Assembly: GCA_964016885.1 (NCBI GenBank)
Contig: OZ024742.1
Coordinates: forward strand, 21,018,001-21,082,000
Direction: 5' to 3'
Source: Eledone cirrhosa
Lineage: Eukaryota
Length of the DNA stretch: 64,000 nt
Each line of letters starts with the position of its first letter. Position 1 is the first letter of the stretch. The translations under genes were made by a program, and so were the position numbers. The notes under the pieces are model-generated. The model saw nothing but the letters and a program-made list of their open reading frames with translations. It was not told where the DNA came from and did no database searches. Positions 57,659-64,000 of this stretch are shown one piece after another.

Positions 57659-59199
57659 GAAAGAGTATATGCATATAAATGAGTCTATTCTCTAATCATT
57701 TTTATATGATTTGTGTTATTCGTTCTGGCTCTCTACACTCTGAGTTCAAATCCCGCCGTGGTCAAATTTTCAAGGTCGATAAAAAATACCAGTCCATTAC
57801 TGGTGCAGTTTCCTCTTCTATATCTATACCCCCCCTCCCCGCACCTCGTCACTCGTTTTTCTGGTCAATAATAGACGGGACACCTACATGCAGAAATGTA
57901 CAACAAGCACATTAAGCTTTGTCCGTCACAGCCCCACAACCCTAAATGCTAGATCCGAACTCAACCCAACCTGCTGTGTTTGCCATAAACTCTATTTCTG
58001 CAATAAACTCTATTTTCTGCTAAACAATTTAAAATGAGACACACCCACGGATTATTAAAAGAAAGCAGTGACGCCCTTGATAACGCAGACAGCCACATCA
58101 TTAATTTCATGTCCAATGTATGGCTGCTTCTAAAGACGAATCATCCCATAGTCCCTGTCAAATACACCGGAAGATATCGCTAGCACTTTGAACCACGTGA
58201 TTACCTCTAAAAGAGAATAAGCTTCTAATATGTGTGGAAAATAAAGAACATCATCGCCATCACTACCAAACACCTGTTAAGCTAGAATCAAAAATACCTT
58301 GTGATCTTGTCAAAACATTAGATACCATCCGCATTCAAGTGGATAGCTCTGAAGCAATTACCTGTGATATCTAATATCTTCTAATTTCTAAAGTAAATTT
58401 ATCTGCTGTCATTCTTTGTCATGTGTTGGCATGACTAAAGAAGAGTATTTCCTTCGGCAAGTATCTTCTAAGTATCTTTCTTATAGTTCAGTTAGACTCT
58501 TTCAACTTTCAAGAGGTTACTTTAAAAGGAGCTGGGAAATCAGCACAATCTACAAAGCAAGATAAACAGAATTTGTTTTGTTTTGTTAGGTGTGTTATAT
58601 TTTCAATTCAATACAATCACTGTTGTTTCCTCTATCAGTGATGTTCGGTGAATTTTCAGCAGTCTAATTAAATGTAAACCAAAGATGTTTCAAATAAAGC
58701 CAACATTATAATGTAAATAATATAACAGATCTATATTTAGGTTTCGATACGACGAGTCACATTGTATTTACAATATAACAGACGTGTCTTGTGTGAAGTC
58801 TGTGCATAGAAAAGAAATTATAGCGAACAACAAGATCTAAAGAGTAAAATTGTTTGACAGGTGGAATAAAATATGTCTAATTACCAAGTCATGTCTGAGC
58901 CAACTAATTTCTTGTGTTAAAAAATAGTAAAATAGACTGAAAAAACAGCAAAATGTTTTCAAGATAGTTCACAGATTTTAAACGAATACAAAATTTCAGC
59001 AGTTTTATTGCCGGCTCTGTAAAGCTATCTATTGCAATATTGGGTTAAATGGGGGTAACAAAATACATTTTATGACAGCAGAGACAGTTTAATAAGTGGT
59101 ATCTTGTCTCCATATTCATCTGACGCTGAGTCATAATACTGATATATATAGTCAGACAATAATAATTGTTACTAAGGCAAATACAAATATGGAGAAAAT

Positions 59200-59390
59200 A
59201 ATGGTTTCTGATTGAGGCACAAGGACAACAATACTGAGGGAGGGTAATATCGATTAAATCGACCCCAGTGTATCACTGGTACTTTAATGTATCGACCCCG
59301 TAGGGATGAAATCAAAGTTAAACTCGATGGCATTTGAACTCAGAACATAAAGGGCCGAAGCATGTTTTCCGGCGCTCTACAGACTCTGCA
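59200..59390 (-). mobile_element. tRNA-derived SINE
   Basis: atcgaccccgtagggatgaaatcaaagttaaactcgatggcatttgaactcag. Confidence 0.8.
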
Positions 59391-59392
59391 AA

Positions 59393-59723
<331 letters not shown>

Positions 59724-59779
59724 TGTCTGTGTGTCTGTGTGTCTGTGTGTGAGTGTGTATGTATATATGTACATATATA

Positions 59780-60083
59780 TTGTTATACTTGGGGAGGGTC
59801 ATATTATTGTAATAATATTGCCAGAAATAATAACAGAACACACTCAGTGTTTGGTTGGTTTTCGCTTCTGAATCTTTTATATCTCCATAGTTAATTTATT
59901 TGGCAATCAACGTGTATCATTGATTGACCAACGGTTAAAAATACAGATATAAATATATATATATATATATAGTCTATCAAAGTTCTTTCGTTGCACATCT
60001 GGCAATATTATTACAACAATATGACCCTTCCTAAGTATAACAATATTTGTTTCGACACGCGATTTCATATCAAAAACCTTGCT
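59780..60083. mobile_element. Family E-related two-arm insertion, diverged
   Basis: ttgttatacttggggagggtcatatt... is inverted against ...aatatgacccttcctaagtataacaat, followed by a tail. Confidence 0.7.
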
Positions 60084-60088
60084 ATATG

Positions 60089-60123
<35 letters not shown>

Positions 60124-60148
60124 ATAAACATCGATACACACGCACGCG

Positions 60149-60182
<34 letters not shown>

Positions 60183-60188
60183 TATATA

Positions 60189-60377
60189 ATTTGTTTCTAC
60201 TTTAGGCACAAGGCCAGCAATTACCCAGTGCATTACTGGTACTTTATTTTATCGACCCCGTAAGGATGAAAGGCAAAGTCAACCTCGGCGGGATTTGAAC
60301 TCAGATCGTAAAGGGACGTAACTATGCTGGAAAGCATGGCGTCCGACTCTCTACCGATACTGCCATTCCATCGCCCA
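60189..60377 (-). mobile_element. Full-length tRNA-derived SINE
   Basis: Nearly identical to 56738-56925. Confidence 0.9.
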
Positions 60378-61164
60378 CATATGTATATATAATGATTCAT
60401 AATGTTATTAGTTTCATATGAGGTCTCTTGGTATTTACCTACGACATAAATACATTTTTATTATCACCAATAATATGTTTTCAACTTTGAAGATTAGATA
60501 ACTACTTTCAGTCGCGTGATTTCTCTCATATTAAACTAGAGGTATATAGGAATATCGCTCTATGTTTCAGTACCGAAATATTCACCACACGATGGCACGC
60601 ATAGAAAGAAATACCCTCACCCGTTATCAGATGTCTGTATCAATTACATAAAGCAAGACATTTTCTTTAAAGCGAAGATATTTTTATATGCTCATTTTAT
60701 GCAATTAGTTCTTATATGCGAGGTTTCAAAACATGATTATGCTTTTTTCCCCTGTACTTCAGTGTAAAAGTGATGCAATTGAATTAATAGGTTATGTTAT
60801 ATAACATGTATGCAGCTTTATACCTTCATTGTTCTGCCCGATATAGTCCTTGTAATGTCTGACATATTTACAGATTATATTTTCATGTTTGTTTGTTTTT
60901 AAGTTGCAGCAGATCCAATAATGAATGAAGAAATATATTTTGTGCAAGAAATACTAGAAAATTAATGGACGAATAAATGGATGAGCCTCCGGAGGTATCG
61001 TCGGTCATTCTCCCATTTGTTCGATCAGCAGAACAGCCTGTCAATGAAATCAACGCGGAAACAGCTGAAGATTCGACAGCTATATGTAGTATGGACGCAA
61101 TTCTCAGCGAGATTCAACGTGACAGAGTGTACCATGACTAAAGTCTGTCGGGAGCTCGGAGGGT

Positions 61165-61400
61165 CATCCTGGTTTCTGTGACGTCAGGTGAATGATAGTA
61201 CAAGACTCCCTGCTGGACAGGACACTACTACGTCGCAAGAATAAACCCCCATATATTACTGGCACTTGTTTTCAGCTGACTGTGCTGAAGCGACATGAAA
61301 TTAAGGGTTTTGTTTAAAAACAGACACACACTCACAACCCAGTCCAGGAATCAAATCCAGGACATTCTGATCGTCCAACACACTTATCACTAACCCACGC
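61165..61400 (-). mobile_element. Second SINE family copy, decayed
   Basis: Similar to 10425-10620 (cagctgactgtgctgaagcgacatgaaattaaggg...caggaatcaaatcc). Confidence 0.5.
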
Positions 61401-62301
61401 GGCTCCAAGGTTTACCAAGCCTGATCCTTTGAATTACAATTACGCTGTAATTGTTAGACTTCAATTTCACAATCACAATATACGGGTGGACCCAATGTTA
61501 TGGTAAGTAATACCTACGCAAGATACCACGTTGCGGGCTAATAATTGCGAAGTGAGATTTGCAACCAATAATCCATACTGCGACAACAATACCCATATTG
61601 CACACACACATACTCTGCATAAGCTTGTTTTCTACTTTCGGCACACGATCAGCAAATTTCGAGAAGATGCCAAAACTGATTAAGCAAACACAGAATATGT
61701 TCTCCATTTACAAGTGAAAGGCAATGTTGAACTCGGAAGGGTTTTATATCAGAATGTAAGGAGCCAGATCAAATGTCACCATAACTTTTCATCCAATTCC
61801 CTACGTTCAGAACCAGCATACAATTCTCAAACAAATTGTGACAATGAAAATGGTATGATTTAGGACCCTGTATCAACCTGTAACAGCAATTTGTATCACT
61901 GTTTCGTGTAAAACAGGGCATATGTGAAGGTTGACTGAAATAAAAATAATATTCAGGCTGGACAATATTGTCATCAGGTCTGTGTCAATAAGTCAGTTGA
62001 AAAGAAATATGTTTAAAAAGAAATTATCAAATGTAATATGTCGTGATGTCTATTAAAATAAGACAAAACAACTCTTATACTTTGACATGGTCAGTTAAAT
62101 GCAGAGGTCAATATGTAGTCTATCTTATATTCTCTCTCACACACACAAGCGCATGAAACCGCAAACGCACAGACGCATAGCAATACGCACATACCCCCCC
62201 CCCCCCCCCCACACACACACACGCACATCCACACACACACACGTATATATATAGGTGTATACAATGATGTATGTATGTATGTACGTATCTCATCTCTCTT
62301 T

Positions 62302-62388
<87 letters not shown>

Positions 62389-63858
62389 TACATACATACA
62401 TACTGTGAAATCTTTAGATACATCTGAAAGTTGTTTGAAGTTTGTTCTATCGTGACAGGTTAACGATATATGTAAAGACAGATTGTCAAATAAAACGATA
62501 AGCTACATTTGACAATATTGACATAATTCAATGCGTAGCAAGATTTCCCGGGATCCTAAAAGGAATACTGAGTTCTTTTCGGCATCCCAGGATAAGCAAA
62601 AGCGTCCACTATGTAAAACCCTACAATGAACCAAATCTAAGTATTTGTATCTTTATTGATTCACTAAACAATTCCTATTTTCATGTTTGTAATATAAACG
62701 AAACATATTACTATCTCTCAGGAGAATTACAGAATAAATCTGAGTATTATGTGTTGTAAATAGCCCATGCTTCATACGTATATAACATTTCCAATTAAGA
62801 CATGCTGTCAGAAGATTGCGTGCAGGTTTGGCTAGCAAGTAAAAGATATCAGTCATGACAGACATTATGTGAAAGGTACCTCTGAAAAATGTCGAAGACA
62901 TTTCTGTTTAAGTTGTGTTATTTAACAGAGAAGGCGCTTGACAGTTGTCCAAGATAATTTCATCAGTGTAAGCTCTAATTACAGATATATTAACAAAATG
63001 GATATGTACATAGAATGTAGAATACCGAAATGCGAAAACTTGAGACATTATTTCCCCGAAAAACATTTTTCATTAGGAAATATGAATCCTATCAAAGTGT
63101 AATTCAATTCAATCTCCAGCATCATGTCTAACAGGAAGACAATCCTGTAAACATCTATAAATATTTGGTAAAATGGCCGAATTAGGAACAAACGTGTATG
63201 TATTAGATCTCAATACAAATACAGGTTTACTGGTATTGCTTAAACATCACAAATAATAATGTTACATCAATGTGTGGTGAACTCAGTATTTCACATATGT
63301 TATCGCTTGTAAGTAATATTCATAGTTACTTATGTTTAATACGAAACTTTAAGAAGAAATCACATATCGTTATCTCTCAAAACCTCAAGCGAGATTTTGC
63401 TTTACTTTCATATTATATAAACAGTTTTAAATAGCAGCAAAAACCGATTTGGTACTAATTCTAATAGATTACTGAATTCAAACTAGCAGATATAACAGAA
63501 ACTATTTCAATTTTATATACTGTAGGGATTAATGTAGATTTAAAAGTAAAGAATAGATTACAATTTGGTTGTGAATATTCGATTTCGTGCAAAGGTTAAT
63601 ATAATTAATGTATAAGCAATATATAAAACTATTTTTATCTAACGTAGAACAAGAAAGAACGTAGAGTAATTATATATATTAAAAAATGAGTTATAATTTG
63701 CTCCGTAAAAATTCTATTTGGATCAAAGGTTACAATATAAAAGAATTATCTTATGATTCAATTTATAAAACGTAAATGCTAGATATTACCTTTCTTGGTG
63801 TACTGGGAAAATGTCAGTAGATATGTGATGCATTTATTGAATCTACTATAAAAAGCGA

Positions 63859-63937
<79 letters not shown>

Positions 63938-64000
63938 AGACTGCCCACCTCTTGATTGTGTCCCCTTACTTTCTAACACCAGTTATTAGTAACCACACAG

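Noticed and set aside
58130-58280. Possible minus-strand host exon (VFGSDGDDVLYFPHILEAYSLLE between AG and GT)
   Set aside because: It is short, has no recognisable homology or partner exons, and is expected by chance.

Overview
AT-rich, microsatellite-dense animal genomic DNA with no host exon I can support. The tRNA-headed SINEs resemble those of octopod cephalopods; that is recognition from memory, not a search. Almost every ORF in the supplied track is translated (TA)n/(CA)n. The real coding remnants are retroelements: four Penelope-like element (PLE) fragments with GIY-YIG endonuclease, RTE-clade LINE pieces, an R4/Dong-like fragment in a (TACA)n tract and a CR1-like tail. The main signal is a (TA)n-associated PLE system with four parts. 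(1) About a dozen minimal type I hammerhead ribozyme motifs. (2) Many families share a head-to-head two-arm structure: one arm ends at the element's 3' terminus and the other at a fixed site about 40-135 nt upstream. (3) Three palindromes (128 bp, 420 bp, and 1.76 kb arms) in which adjacent flank is inverted-duplicated next to a PLE tail. (4) A non-coding 525-nt hammerhead-bearing unit that reads through its own ends, like a retrozyme with a circular RNA intermediate, plus a second 550-nt candidate. Family letters are my own labels. All alignments were done by eye, so boundaries may be off by a few bases.
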